64,000 nt of DNA, taken from positions 6,758,001 through 6,822,000 of the forward strand of contig OZ193910.1 in assembly GCA_964276515.1 (NCBI GenBank), given 5' to 3'. Origin of the DNA: Gordius albopunctatus. Lineage: Eukaryota. This document shows, one piece after another, positions 24,617 through 37,029 of this stretch. Each line of letters begins with the position of its first letter. The first letter of the stretch is position 1. A program made the position numbers and the translations under genes. Below the pieces are notes generated by a model that did no database searches, had not been told where the DNA came from, and saw nothing but the letters and a program-made list of their open reading frames with translations.

Positions 24617-25154
24617 GACTAATATAAATGACCTTAAGACTTTTAAAATTAAGCTTTGAAAGTTTTTTTAATATTAATTCTGATCTTTTAAATGTAATAT
24701 ATAATTATGCATAGCCCCAATGTTTATGGATTTGGATTAAGAGATGTGTTCAAAGTAAAGATTACAAGGAAAGAAGATTCTTGATTATATTTTTAAATCT
24801 ATATGTATTTAGAAAAGAATTAATAGAATTTTATTTGGATGTTAATAATTCTATTTATGTCAATTATAGCAGATCTTTTTATATTGTGTAATATACATAA
24901 AATATTTCTAAATAATTACAAATATCAATAATAACATCAAATTAATTGTTTGCAAGAAAATATTATTTTAATTAAACTTTAAAATTATTTCATATATTTT
25001 TTTATATTGAATTAAATCTTTGATAAAGATTATTTATTTTTTAAACTCAATTCATATACAATTTTATTTTGGTAAATAAAAATAATCTATACTTTTTTAA
25101 AAACAATAATCATTAAAATTTAATGTAATTAAACTTGGTTTCTTTAACTAATAG

Positions 25155-25935
25155 ATGCCAAGAAAAACATCTGACATTTGGAAACATTTTTCCAAATATT
25201 TATCATCAAATAAGAAAGGTTTTATAGCTGTTTGCAAATTGCAATTATTGCAACTTGAAATATACATATCGAAGCTCGACTAAAGTGACAAGTCATATAG
25301 CTAAGTGGCCAGATTTTTTTAATGAAAAAAATTGTCAATAAGTTTTTTTAATGTCCCCCTCTCCACAATCATCAATTTGTTAGGTAATGCCTGAAAAATG
25401 CCCTATACAACAAACATCTGCTTTATGTGACCCAAAACAATCAACATCCAATATTATACAATACTTTGATAGCATGACTCAATCTCAGCAACAAAAATTA
25501 GATGAAAGGTTAGCTTGGCTATTTGCATGTCTAACTGTCCATTTAATATTAACGAGAATCCATATTGGAAGGAATCTTTCAAATTTATAAAACCTTCTTA
25601 CAAACCCCCTTCCAGAAAAACAATAGGAGATCCATTGTTGAATAGACAATGATTTGGTATCATCTCCTGATAAGTCGATGTTCTGATATTGAAAATTTAT
25701 GATTTATATTTAATTAGGATATGCTTGTATTTGCTTCTTTATATTGTTCCACAAATAAATTTAATTAGTCTTAATCATACTGATTAACATTTTTTTATAC
25801 TAATTTATCTATATTGCTCGTTTTTTATCCTTAATTTCTTGTTTTTTCCCGTTAATTCCCATTATTTCCCGTATTTTCCCGGGAATTTTCCCTTTAGCAA
25901 ATTTCCCGGGAAAATATCCATACATAGCCTCTACT
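25155..25935 (+). pseudogene. hAT transposase 5' remnant (BED finger) and terminal repeats, related to 60863-63417
   Basis: MPRKTSDIWKHF..., FDSMTQSQQQKLDERLA; TTTCCC/GGGAAA subterminal repeats at 25845-25915. Confidence 0.7.
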
Positions 25936-25989
25936 GATATGGGTTCGCATCCCGGAGGGGGTAAATTTTTTATATTTTTTTATAATTAA

Positions 25990-27166
25990 CTAGCTGACCC
26001 GGCAAACGTTGTTTTGTCATATACATTATGTCTGGCAAATTAACTAACTTACTATAAGTGTGTGGGGATATTTTTTGCAGAAGTTTTATCTAAATTGTAG
26101 TGTTATTGCCAAGGTCTATCTATTCCTCCACCACACACACAATCTCCCTTACACGGTACAGCAGCATTACTATTCATACCCACCCCTCAGGGGGGTATAG
26201 CTTTTCGATCGATTGCGCTCTACCCCCTCGCCCCTTAAAGAAATGAATCGGCACAAAACGCGCTGGCCAGAATTATACGCGAAAGCGGCTAAGGTTAATT
26301 TGGCTCCCGAGCTATTTCGTGTAAGCCTAGCTCGGTTCCGAAGTTCGGGCAGCCGGGCGTTGCGCTTTCCGCAAGTTTCAGCTGCTTTCGACGTGGAGGC
26401 TCGGTTCCAAAGGTCGGCCAACCGGGTGTTGTGCTTTCCGCCAGTTTCAGCTCCTCTCGCCGGGGAGGCTTGATTCCGCTTTTTGGCCAGCCGGGCGTTG
26501 CGTTTTCCGCAGTTTCCGCTGCACTCGACGTGGAGGCTCGGTTCCGAATGGCGGCAAGCCGGGCGTTGCGCTTTTCGCCAGTTTCAACTGCTCTCGCCGT
26601 GGAGGCTTGACTCCGCTTTTTGGACAGCTGGGCGTTGCGTTTTCCGGCAGTTTCAGCTGCTCTGGTCTTCTTTGCGGTTTTTGTAGTATGTAGAATTTTT
26701 GTTAAAGTTTTTATCCGCCGGGGCATATGAGACTGTTGGTTATAATAGGGAACAGCAAAATTAAAATAAAGATAGTTTAACATTTGGTGGGGGGGGGGTG
26801 CTTAAAACGAAACAGTAGCAAACTAGGTACCCGATTTTAGACTTAGAACCATTGTAACGACAAAATTAAAAAATTTAACATTTTGATTATACTTTTAAAT
26901 ATATATTTCGAGAAAACTTTAGCCTTGTATGTATGACGTCGTATGTATGACGTCATTATTGTATATGATGCTATAAATGAAATTGGTCGGGAAATATCCG
27001 ATAAATGTCCGATATTTTTAAAACGAAAAGGTATTTTAGGAATCTGAAAACGCTATTTTACCCCTGACCGCCCTGGGCATCTACGGCTAAATTTTCGCGC
27101 GAATCGGGACGGTAGTTTCAGAATTTAGCCCTTATACACATACATACACTTTACTTTATTTATATA
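25990..27166 (-). mobile_element. Helitron derivative (family B 5' end) retaining the N-terminal repeat region of the Rep/helicase ORF
   Basis: 3' hairpin ACAACGTTTGCCGGGTCAGCTAG on the minus strand. About 75-bp tandem repeats at 26330-26660 encode ET-x-x-KRNARL units, followed by LAAFAY. Confidence 0.8.
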
Positions 27167-27242
27167 CTAATAGATGAATCCGGCAAACGTTGTTTTGCCA
27201 TTTACCAGGGTGTATTAAATTATTTTGGAATTTTATGGCATA

Positions 27243-28917
27243 TCTATATATAAAGTAAAGTCTATGAATGTATGTGTGTATCTAAGGGCTAAATTCTGAA
27301 ACTACCGGCCCGATTGGCGCGAAAATTTAACCGTAGATGCCCAGGGGGGCCAGGGGTAAAATAGCTTTTTCAGAATCCTAAAATTCCTTTTACTTTTAAA
27401 AATATCGGACATTTCCCTGCCAGTTTCGTTTATAGCAGCATATACAATAATGACGTCATACATACAAGGCTGAAGTTTTCTCGAATTAGATATTTAAAAG
27501 TATGATAAAAATGTTACAGTATACGGTCAAAATTATTGGGGTTTAACAAACTATTTAAATAAATAAATATAATTTAAATTATTATCACGTGATCGATCAT
27601 AGAAGCATATTTTTAATAATTATCCATCCTTCAATTAATTATTTTATTATATTAAAGAAAATCGTATTTCAAATAAATCAGCTAACTAGAAAAATAAAAT
27701 AATGATATTATTGTATAATAAGTAACAGCATTGATCAGCAATTTTTTCAAAAACATTTAATTTTAGTCGAATTTGATGACTAAAACAGAATTCGCATTTG
27801 GTTTGTCTTATTATATATATACTAAAAATAGTCGGTTCATAAAATCCACGACGTGATAAAATTCGTGCTCTAAATAAATATTATGGATATTTTATTTATT
27901 TGAATTATTATTTCATATATGACCCCATTTTAGGTAAGTCTTATTAATAGGTTCAGGCGCGTAGCCAGGATTTTCTCAAGGGGGGGGGGGGAAATTTCAA
28001 AAAAAAATTTATAGCATTTTTATTTCAACAACAAAAATATAAATCCAAAAAATATAAAATTTGCATATAAAATAAAAAGAAAGTTATTATAAAATAATTT
28101 TATATTTTCTTTTCCCCATTGGAAAAATATTAAGAACTTCATCGGGAGTAGGAGCTAACTCCCGATTAATTGTCAATAAAGCCAATCCATTTAATCTATT
28201 ATTAGACATGGTATTTCTAATGTAAGTTTTTAGCCTCCTCAGCGTTGAGAAGCTTCGTTCATTAGTACACGTTGTGATTGGAAGGCAGGCTAATAGATAT
28301 AGAAGAGTCGTTATATTTGGTAGGGATTTTAATATTTTATATTCGGATAAGGCGTTTAAAGGATTCTTTGGACGAGATCCTTCTGAGATCTTAGATAAGG
28401 CCATATACCAGATATTGAATTCTGCTATGAGATCTTCATTAGTCCCTTGGAGATCATTTATATAAAACTCCGATAGAAAATTTATTTTTAATCGCGTTAC
28501 TGGTGAAACAATAAAGGAATTTTGGGGAAATAGTGGAAACGGCTTCGTGCCGTGATGCCCCGCGGGTCGCACACACTTGCTTTTCGTGAATTTTTATTTT
28601 GCAAGTGAACAATTGAAAAAGGAAAAAGACAATAATGGTTCATAGTCCTTTGGTCAATATTTGATTCAAAAACGGAAAATAATATTTACTTAATTTATAA
28701 TTAAAAATAAATTAATAAGTGTTTTACTTAGTCATTTATTGTAACTATAAAATAAAAACTTTGAATCTAAAAAGTTTTTATAAATTTTTTTTAAATTTTT
28801 GCCAAGGGGGGGGGGGGATTTCCCTTCCCCCCCCCCTTATTTACGCTACTGAATAGGTTATACTTATTTAACCACTTAAGGACTGAGCCAAAGCAACCCT
28901 TGCCCGGGCACAGCTAG
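27243..28917 (+). mobile_element. Non-autonomous Helitron family B
   Basis: Starts TCTATATATAAAG and ends GCAACCCTTGCCCGGGCACAGCTAG; inserted at A|T with no TSD. Confidence 0.82.
27954..28851 (-). mobile_element. hAT deletion derivative carrying the transposase C-terminal dimerisation domain
   Basis: TSD AATAGGTT (27946-27953, 28852-28859). ORF 28087-28572 reads LPITTCTNERSFSTLRRLKTYIRNTMSNNRLNGLALL. Confidence 0.9.
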
Positions 28918-29694
28918 TATGATGATAAAGCGGCTATTTAGGTATCAATACAATAATAATTTGTTTCTGAATAAAACTTTTAATTCTGAACTTAATAATG
29001 TCCGAAGAACTGAGATATATCAACATTTATTAACACTTTGTTAAAAGTATTTTCATTTTTCTCCTTATTTTACGCGCAAAAAATGATAAAATGAGATTTT
29101 TTTATCTTATTTAGCCACCCAGGAGGGGACACGACCGTCCTATAATAATAATTGACGTAAAAAATAAGCAAAAAAATGACTTTGATTTAATTTTTCAAAT
29201 CGTAAAAAGTTTCGATTTTCCGCAGCACATGCCTACATTTATCACACAACACTACGTACACGTATGACGGTCTAGAAAATACTATAAGTGATACACTTTT
29301 ATGATAGATTATTTATATTTTTGCATTTTGCAGTATCACTGGATGACGTCATAAAGTTGCGTATGATTGACATTTTATTAAGTGATTGCCGCATTTTACA
29401 GTATCCTGTATGACGTCAATGACATTTTATTAAGTTATTGCCGCATTTTAAAGTATCCCGTATGACGTCATATGACGTCTTTATTAAGTGCCAAAACGTA
29501 TAAAACAAAAAAAAACATTACCCCTCGAAAACTATTTGACCGATTTGGCTCGTACAAATCTTAAAACATGCTCCGGAGTGTGAGGAATAAACTGTGAAAT
29601 TTTGAGCCAAATCGGTCTGGTAACATTCACACATAGTTTCATTTTTATATAAAAGATATATATATTGTTCTTGTTAATACCATTGATAATATGA

Positions 29695-30210
29695 CTTTTT
29701 GGATGTGTCCTGGCTACTGACCAATGGAAAAAATGACCATTGGTCAAATTGTGAATTCTAAATTTTTTTTAGTCTTTTATGTATTTATATCCCTTTTTGA
29801 CTGTGTCCTGGCTATTGACCAATGGAAAAAATGACCATTGGCCAAATTGTAGCCAATTTTTTTCTATATTTTAGCTACTGACCAATAAAAAAATGACCAC
29901 TGGCCAAAGTGAGATTAAAATCGATTTTTTTTCTAGATTATAATTATAGGCTATTTATTTGGCTGTCTGCTAACCATTAGAAAAAATGACCACTGGCCAA
30001 AGGGATGGAAAAAATGATCAATGGCCAAGGTCTGATTGGGAATTTTTTTGTTTTTTAACATCTTGTTTATACTATACATATGCGCATGATTTGAATTTAT
30101 TGGTCGCCTACACCAAATTTTTTAAAATTTATACAGGATCAAAAAAACTCTAAATTGAAAGTTGTACGTTTTGGAAGGATGACTATTGGCTTTTCCAAGA
30201 TCATACCCTC
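29695..30210. repeat. Array of about 5 interspaced ~35-bp repeats, probably one arm of a Foldback/Mutator-like element
   Basis: CTACTGACCAATGGAAAAAATGACCATTGGCCAAA-like units at about 29713, 29812, 29874, 29968 and 30004. Confidence 0.65.
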
Positions 30211-31080
30211 TATTTGCGTTCCTTTCGTCATTTTGATTAATTTAGGAGTCGATAAATAAGAATTAATAATAAAATATTTTTTCCTCAATAAATAAAGTAT
30301 TAATAAGTGTTTTATAGCAGTTTTTACAAAAATTTAACTTTCTAAATATTTGTATAAATAATTAATTAATCATTTTGCGTTTTATACTCCCCTATAACCT
30401 TTCTCGCCCATAAATTGCATAGCAAATATGCTACTTTTATACGGAGTATAGATGAGTTTCGTTCCCCCTTCCCTCCTGCATCTCCCCTTTCCTTTGCCTC
30501 TTCCCTTCCCCCCTCCCCCTTTCCACCAGGGCCGAAGGCACTGGTTAATGTTATGTTATGTATACTATAAACAAAATTCAAAACCAACTCTAACCTTCTG
30601 AGTTTGAAGTTGATGATTCTAAACAATCATAGTATACAGTATTCATGTCAACAGCTGATAAAAATAAGATGTTTTATTCCACTAGGTTAGCTTCATACTT
30701 CAGTTCTACGTCATTTACGAATGGAAAACCATGCAAATAATTTTTTTAATAATTATTTTATTTATATATATGTAAACTACAAAAAAAACAAAAAAAAATT
30801 TTTAAAAAAATTACGTGAGAGTATTCGTGGGATAAAAAGCTTCTATATTTTAAAAAGTATTAGACCAAAACCTTTGAAAGTTTTTGATAAAATATTAAGC
30901 TACTGAAAAGGCCAGATTTATTAGACTTAAATTACCTTTTATATTTAAATTTATAATTTGCGTGGGGTACCAAAATACCCTACGAATACTCTTGAGGGTT
31001 AAAAAATATGAATTATGTGTATAAAATATAAAGATAATGGAGTCTAAAAACTTTACTTTAATGGCCTGGAAACGCATATA

Positions 31081-32036
31081 AATGGCGTGGCAATCATATT
31101 AGAGCCACATCTACAATATAAAGTCACTGAGGTACGAAGAACAGAATCTGTAAACAGTTTGCGTTCGGGAAGAAAAAATGAAACACTGCGCATGATACTT
31201 AGAGCCGAAATAGTTATAATTGGAGCGGATATGAACGGTTACGTAGGCAAAACAAGAGAAGGATTTGAACGGTACCATGGAAGTGACATTTTAATTGGCC
31301 ATCACAAATATCTTCTTTAAAAAGAATGATGTACAAAAGTTTCCTCTTAATATCAAGAAAATAAATAAAAAATGTAAGCGACTGTAAGGTTATACCAGGT
31401 GAGGCTATTGCAGCCTAGCATAACTTGTTGTGATGGACTCTGTCATCTCTAAGGCGAAAACACAAAAGCCGAAGAGATCAAATGGGGAAATTAAATGATT
31501 TCGGCTACCAAATTTGAAAGTCGTTTACAACGATCAATAATTGAACGGCTGCAAATAGATAATCATCAGAATGCTGACAATATGTAGAATAACATAGCTA
31601 ACACGGTACGATCAGTAGCCAGATGTGTTTTAGGAGAAGGTAAGCCAGGTGTACTAAAGATAAGAAAACATGGTGGTGGAACGAAGACGTGCAACGACCA
31701 TTCAAGTTGAGAAGAAAGTTTCACAAATTATGGTCAGGCAACAGAAATGAAGAAACAAAATTGGCATATGTGAAAGCTAAAAATGAGGTAAAACGATGTG
31801 TGGCCAAGGCTAAAACAATTGTCTGCGAGAATTTGAACGCCAAGTTAAATACTCAAGAAGGGGATACAATATCTCAAAGACCAGGGCAAGAAACTCAAAG
31901 GATGCGGTAAACGTAAGAGCCATAAAGAACAAGGAAAGAATCACTATAACTCTGGGCCATTAAATCATAGATCGTTGGGAAGAATGCTGTAAAGAATTAT
32001 TAATCACTGAAAATGGGTTTTCGGCCACTGCGAAAG
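31081..32036 (+). pseudogene. Internally deleted RTE LINE fragment, same family as 58150-63545
   Basis: Collinear similarity to 58460-59560 (IIGADMNG, TWWWNEDVQ, AKAK). Confidence 0.85.
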
Positions 32037-32411
32037 TAGTGTTTCGATCTCGTCTCGGTCTAGAAAAATTTCCGTCTCGTCTAGACGAGAATTCTCGACA
32101 TGTCTCGGCATTTATAAAAAAATTTAAATTATTAAAAATTTTCACCAAATTTATTTAAATCATTACAAAATTAAAAAAAATTAAAATAGCGCCCCATCTT
32201 TTGATTTAAAAAGCTGTATAAACGTGTCATTTGCATATTTGAAATATTTAGGACGTTTAGTTAGCATTGGTCAAATTATGTATTTTTTTAATCATTTAAG
32301 AAACTCTAAAATAACGTATAATAAAAGAATTTATTGCAGGATTATTATAATTTTATAGAAACCTAAAAGGTACTGGTTGCTACTTTTTATTAATATTTAT
32401 AATATTAGTTA
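32037..32411. mobile_element. End of another GAGAC-family hAT copy, probably continuing after 40170
   Basis: Begins TAGTGTTTCGATCTCGTCTCGG; 40180-40320 resembles internal sequence of 38042-39489. Confidence 0.55.
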
Positions 32412-32487
32412 CTAGATGAACCCGGCAAACATTGTTTTGCCATTTACACGGGTTTATTAAATTATGTTGGAATTTTAGGGCATATAT

Positions 32488-35400
32488 TAGTGTTGTAAAA
32501 AACCAAGGATTTCTATTGGTCGCCTGCAAGTGTTGGCGTTTTTTCCACCCAGCCCTTTCGTGTTAGGTGAATTTTTTGGGACACCTTTGGCGTTTAGCCT
32601 TAAAGGGTTTGGGTGGATAATATTATTAACCTTTTGGTTTGGTTTTGGTCGTTTTGGGTTGGGCATGCAAATATATCAATTTGTTTGTGTTGTTCAGGGA
32701 AAGGGCCCCCCTATTTTTCATCCTCTTTCTCACCAGAGGGGAGGGGGGGGCATGGGGGGTGTTCTCCCTCCCCCTTTTATTTTTTACCCACTTTCTCACC
32801 TGGTGAGGCGGGTGTTTTGCCCCCCCCCCCTCCCTATTTTTTATCCTCTTTCTCACCAGAGGGGAGGGGGGCATGGGGGGGGGGGGAGTGTTTTGCCCCT
32901 CCCCTTTATTTTTGACCCTAATTATCACCGGATGAGGGGGGGGTAGGTAATTTGGCCCCGCCGCTTTTTTAATCATTTTAAATGACAATAAATAGAAAAC
33001 GATTATAAAGTGAGATTTATCTGGCCATTCGAGAGCAGATTTTGAATTCAATCCTTCAATTAAAAATTAATATTTTAAAGTATTATGCTGATTATCTTTA
33101 AGTTTCAACATATTAGCATATTTTGGAAATGGAAAAATTTTCATGCATGATGTGCTTGCTACATTTATGCTTGATTCTTCTATTTCCATAACTCACTATA
33201 ATATTAAAGTGTTATATATAAGCAGTGAGAAAAGAAAAGAGTAAACAATTGGATAAGGAGTACTATGGCAACCAATACAATAAAACAAATTAATCATTAA
33301 AAATAATTAACTAATTTAATATATTTTAATGAAAATTAGTTGTAATTAGATCATTATATGAGACTAAACTTACGATAGCAAAGATATGTTTAAAAGTGTT
33401 TGAAATATTAAGATAGTAACGGGAGATGACAATATTCCAAAAAACGCTGAATTAAATATATTATCATTATTTAAATATTTTATTGTAATTCTTTAATCAA
33501 ATAATTACCAGTCTGTGTTTTTAATCTTCTAATCTTATTAAACTTCAACCGTTTTAGTGTTTTTCTATAGTTTATTTATTAAGTGACGAGTTCAAAAGTG
33601 TAAAGATTAATCGTTGATTGATAAAGTAAATACGTGAATAATTTGAAATATCGCGGTTAGATTATTTTTATTGCCTATCGATAGTAACCAATTTCCAGCC
33701 TTGTTATCTTCTCCACCATGACAATGGATGTATGTATATATAGTAAATCAGTAGAAATTTAATTTGGGAAATATGCGATATAATACAATTTCGAATAAAT
33801 TAATAAATTGTAAAACTCTTAATGTGCGCAAAACAGGAGCGTAATTGCGCACCCGCACCCACTTAATCAGGTGCGCGCACCCGCATTCGCTCTTCGTTAT
33901 AAAAAAGTGCGCGCACCCGGTGCGCCAACTCTGATAAATTATGGCACAACAAGGCGGCATGGTGGGGCGTGGGCAGGCTAGGCTCTTTTTTATATCATTT
34001 TACATTCATTTCTTTTTTAACGTATAACATGTCTAATAATTTTCTTCATAGATACATTTTCGGGAATTGTCGAGGGTGTTAAAAAATTATTTTAGTTAAT
34101 ATAATATTTCGTCCTCATAGAGGAGATCGTTAGATAAGTAAAATATATTTAAATAAAATAAAATATAAACTAAATAGAATGTTCTTTTGGTAGTGATAAA
34201 TTAGTGTGTATCCAAGGGTAGAGGGGTACCCTTCCCATATCTTCATTTAAAGTGGGGTTGAGTCTTCTAATAAAGAAGGACTCTAACGTCTTCCTTTCAA
34301 AATATGATTTTGTAAAAAGTAGAATTGATTGTTTGAGTTTTGACGTATGATTTTCCTTTAAAATGTGGTTAAATACTCCTGTAAGCACCCCGTTGGGGAG
34401 AAATAAAGCCGCTAAGTGTTCTTTAAGTCTAACTCTTAAGTCTCTTTTTGTTTCCCCGATGTAAAACTGGCTGCAATCACTACAAGTAATTTTATAGACA
34501 ACGTTATTTGTCTGTAAATCGGATTCATAGTTATTTTGTAATATTGTTAAGAGTGATTCATTAGGTTTTTGCGTGATGATGATGTTATTAATATCATTAC
34601 TTTTTAAAATTTTTTAATGCTTTTAAAAAATGTAAATGGTAACGATGGGTAATGCGGAAAATGTATAAATGTTTTATCATTAATATTTTTTTGCTTATTT
34701 TCAGTTAAAAAACATTTGGTTAGAATATTATTGAAAAGATGATTTGGATATACTAATTTATCACTACCAAAAGAACATTCTATTTGGTTTATATTTTATT
34801 TTATTTAAATCTATTTTACTTATCTAACGATGTCCTCTATGAGGACGAAATATTATATTAACTACAATAATTTTTTAACACCCTCGACAATTCCCGAAAA
34901 TTAATCTATGAAGAACATTAATTATAAGGGTAAAAATATTCTTAAATATGTCTAATAATTGTTACGATTTCGACTCTAACTCTAGCTCTACTATGGATAT
35001 GGATGAAAATGAAAGTGATGCTTTTTCTTATGGTTATATCAACTACTAATTAAGTCATAAGCAATTAGAAAATTAGGTTTCTTATTAAATAATAAGCAAT
35101 AATTTAAATTAAGATGCTTAACTCATTTTTGTTACTCAGAAAAGTCCTATATTTTTTATGATACTTATAAGCATTGTAAACGCGAGGTATAAGTCAACAG
35201 GATGTAGAGTGTTGGTGTCTTGTGAAAGCATACTAATGTAATTAATAGCATGATATGCTTTTTGGAAATACCTTAAGTTTTTCCATTAAATGCCCTGATA
35301 ACTTAAACAGTAAAACTTACTTACCCATGATGGCAAATTTTTTTAAATTGGTAAAACTTCATATAAATATTATATTTAATAATACAGCTTATTTCTTAAA

Positions 35401-36623
35401 TGAAGTTAAATTAAAAAAATTTATTTTAATTGATATGGTATATTAAGACAATTGTTGACCGCAAATCTTCAAAAATATGATTTCTAATATTAGAAAATCT
35501 TTGTCATATAATAAGTCAATTTTCAAAAAAATAAAATAGATTTCAATAGAAAATGTTGTTTATGACATTTGTCACCATTGAGACCACAAATCTTCCCAAA
35601 AATATTTTATCTAATAGTAGAACATCTTTTAGTCATATAATAAGTCTATTTTCAAAAAAATATTAATTTAAATAGAAAATGTTGATTATGACATTTGTCA
35701 CCACTGTGATCGCAAAAATTCACAAAAATATATTGAAAGGGTTAAAAAAAGGCTTTCCACCCCCCCCCTCTCCCCGGCATCAGAAAGGGGGTAAAAAATA
35801 AAGAAGGGGTGGGCAAAACTCCCCCCTGCCCATCCTCTCCCCCCGCATCAGAAAGAGGGTAAAAAATTAAGGGGGGGGGGCAAAATACCCCCCATACCCC
35901 CTCCCCTCTGGTGAGAAAGAGGATGAAAAATAGGGGGGACACCCCAACTGCCCCCCCCCCCTTTCCCCCGCATCAGAAAGAGGATAAAAAATGGGGGGGG
36001 GGGGCAAACACACCACCTGCCCCCCCCCCCTTTCCCCCACATCAGAAAGAGGGTAAAAAATAAGGGAGGGGGCAAACACCCCACCTGCCCGCCGTTCCTC
36101 CCCAGGTGAGAAAGAGGGTAAAAAATTAAAAAATTTCATAAATAAAACATATTCTATAATGCATAATAATTAACTATAATTTACTAGAGATTGGATTATA
36201 ATACTTTTCATTATGACGTCACAATGGGAAAAGTTTTAACTCAGTGACGTCATGATACATTTATTTGTATTTTCTTAAATTAAAAGTTCATTACCTAAAT
36301 CTAAATACATCAAATATGATGAACAATACAAACAAATTGATATATTTGCATGCCCAACCCAAAACGACCAAAACCAAACCAAAAGGTTAATAATATTATC
36401 CACCCAAACCCTTTAGGTGTTTAAAATACACCCAAAGCTAAACGCCAAAGGTGGCCCACAAAAATTCACCCGAAACGCTTTGGGTGTTTTTTACGAAAAC
36501 GCTAAACGCCAAAGCCCTCCCAAGAAAATTCACCTAAAACTGAAAAGACCGGGTGAAAAAAACGCCAACAACTAAGTTTAGCAATAGGCTGGGAAAAACC
36601 AGCCAGCCGTTTTTACAACACTA
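32488..36623. mobile_element. 4.1-kb non-autonomous hAT with long inverted subterminal regions and G/C-run minisatellites
   Basis: TIR TAGTGTTGTAAAAA; TSD GCATATAT (32480-32487, 36624-36631). 32580-32700 is inverted at 36320-36450; minisatellite 32700-32945 is inverted at 35745-36125. Confidence 0.88.
34042..34947 (-). mobile_element. Penelope-like element remnant: GIY-YIG endonuclease flanked by inverted pseudo-LTRs
   Basis: Minus strand 34170-34510 reads NVVYKITCSDCSQFYIGETKR...RLKEH...RKTLESFFI...LN. 34042-34215 is inverted at 34745-34914; flanking direct repeat ATGTCTAATAATT (34029-34041, 34948-34960). Confidence 0.88.
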
Positions 36624-37029
36624 GCATATATGATGATAAAGCGGTTATTGAAGTAAAAATAAAGTTTGATAATTTTTAAACAAATAGTTTATGAGTGTCC
36701 AATGCCCAGGCCCACCCAAGAGAGAAAACCTGGTCCCATGCCCCCCCCCCCCCCAAGGGAAAAATCTTTGGCCCCCTGGCCCTTCAAGCAATTATATATA
36801 TATTTTTTTGTAATTAAAAAACAATATCATAATTATAATTATTTGTTTCTGAATAAAACTTTTAATTCTCAACTTATTAATGTCCAAAGAACTGAGGTAT
36901 ATCAACATTTAATTGGCACTTTGTTAAAAGTATTTTCATTTTTCTCCTTATTTAACGTGCAAAAAATGACACAAAAAATAGATTTTTTAAATTTATTTAA
37001 CCACGCAGGAGGAGACACGACCGCCCTAT

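Larger units (their letters stand above)
27169..29656 (-). mobile_element. Non-autonomous Helitron family A with a nested Helitron B
   Basis: Same 3' hairpin region and 5' TCTTTTATATAAAAATG end as 7093-7432; sequence resumes in register at 28918. Confidence 0.82.

Noticed and set aside
29695..30030. CRISPR array (palindromic repeats with spacers)
   Set aside because: Repeats are degenerate, spacer lengths vary widely, no cas genes are present and the context is eukaryotic.
32530..33051. Pro/Gly-rich ORFs, also at 35742-36139
   Set aside because: They are translations of G/C-run minisatellites, open in several frames on both strands.
33749..33935. Small GTGCGCGCAC-rich MITE
   Set aside because: One plausible end (CCAACTCTG), but no matching second TIR or TSD could be defined.
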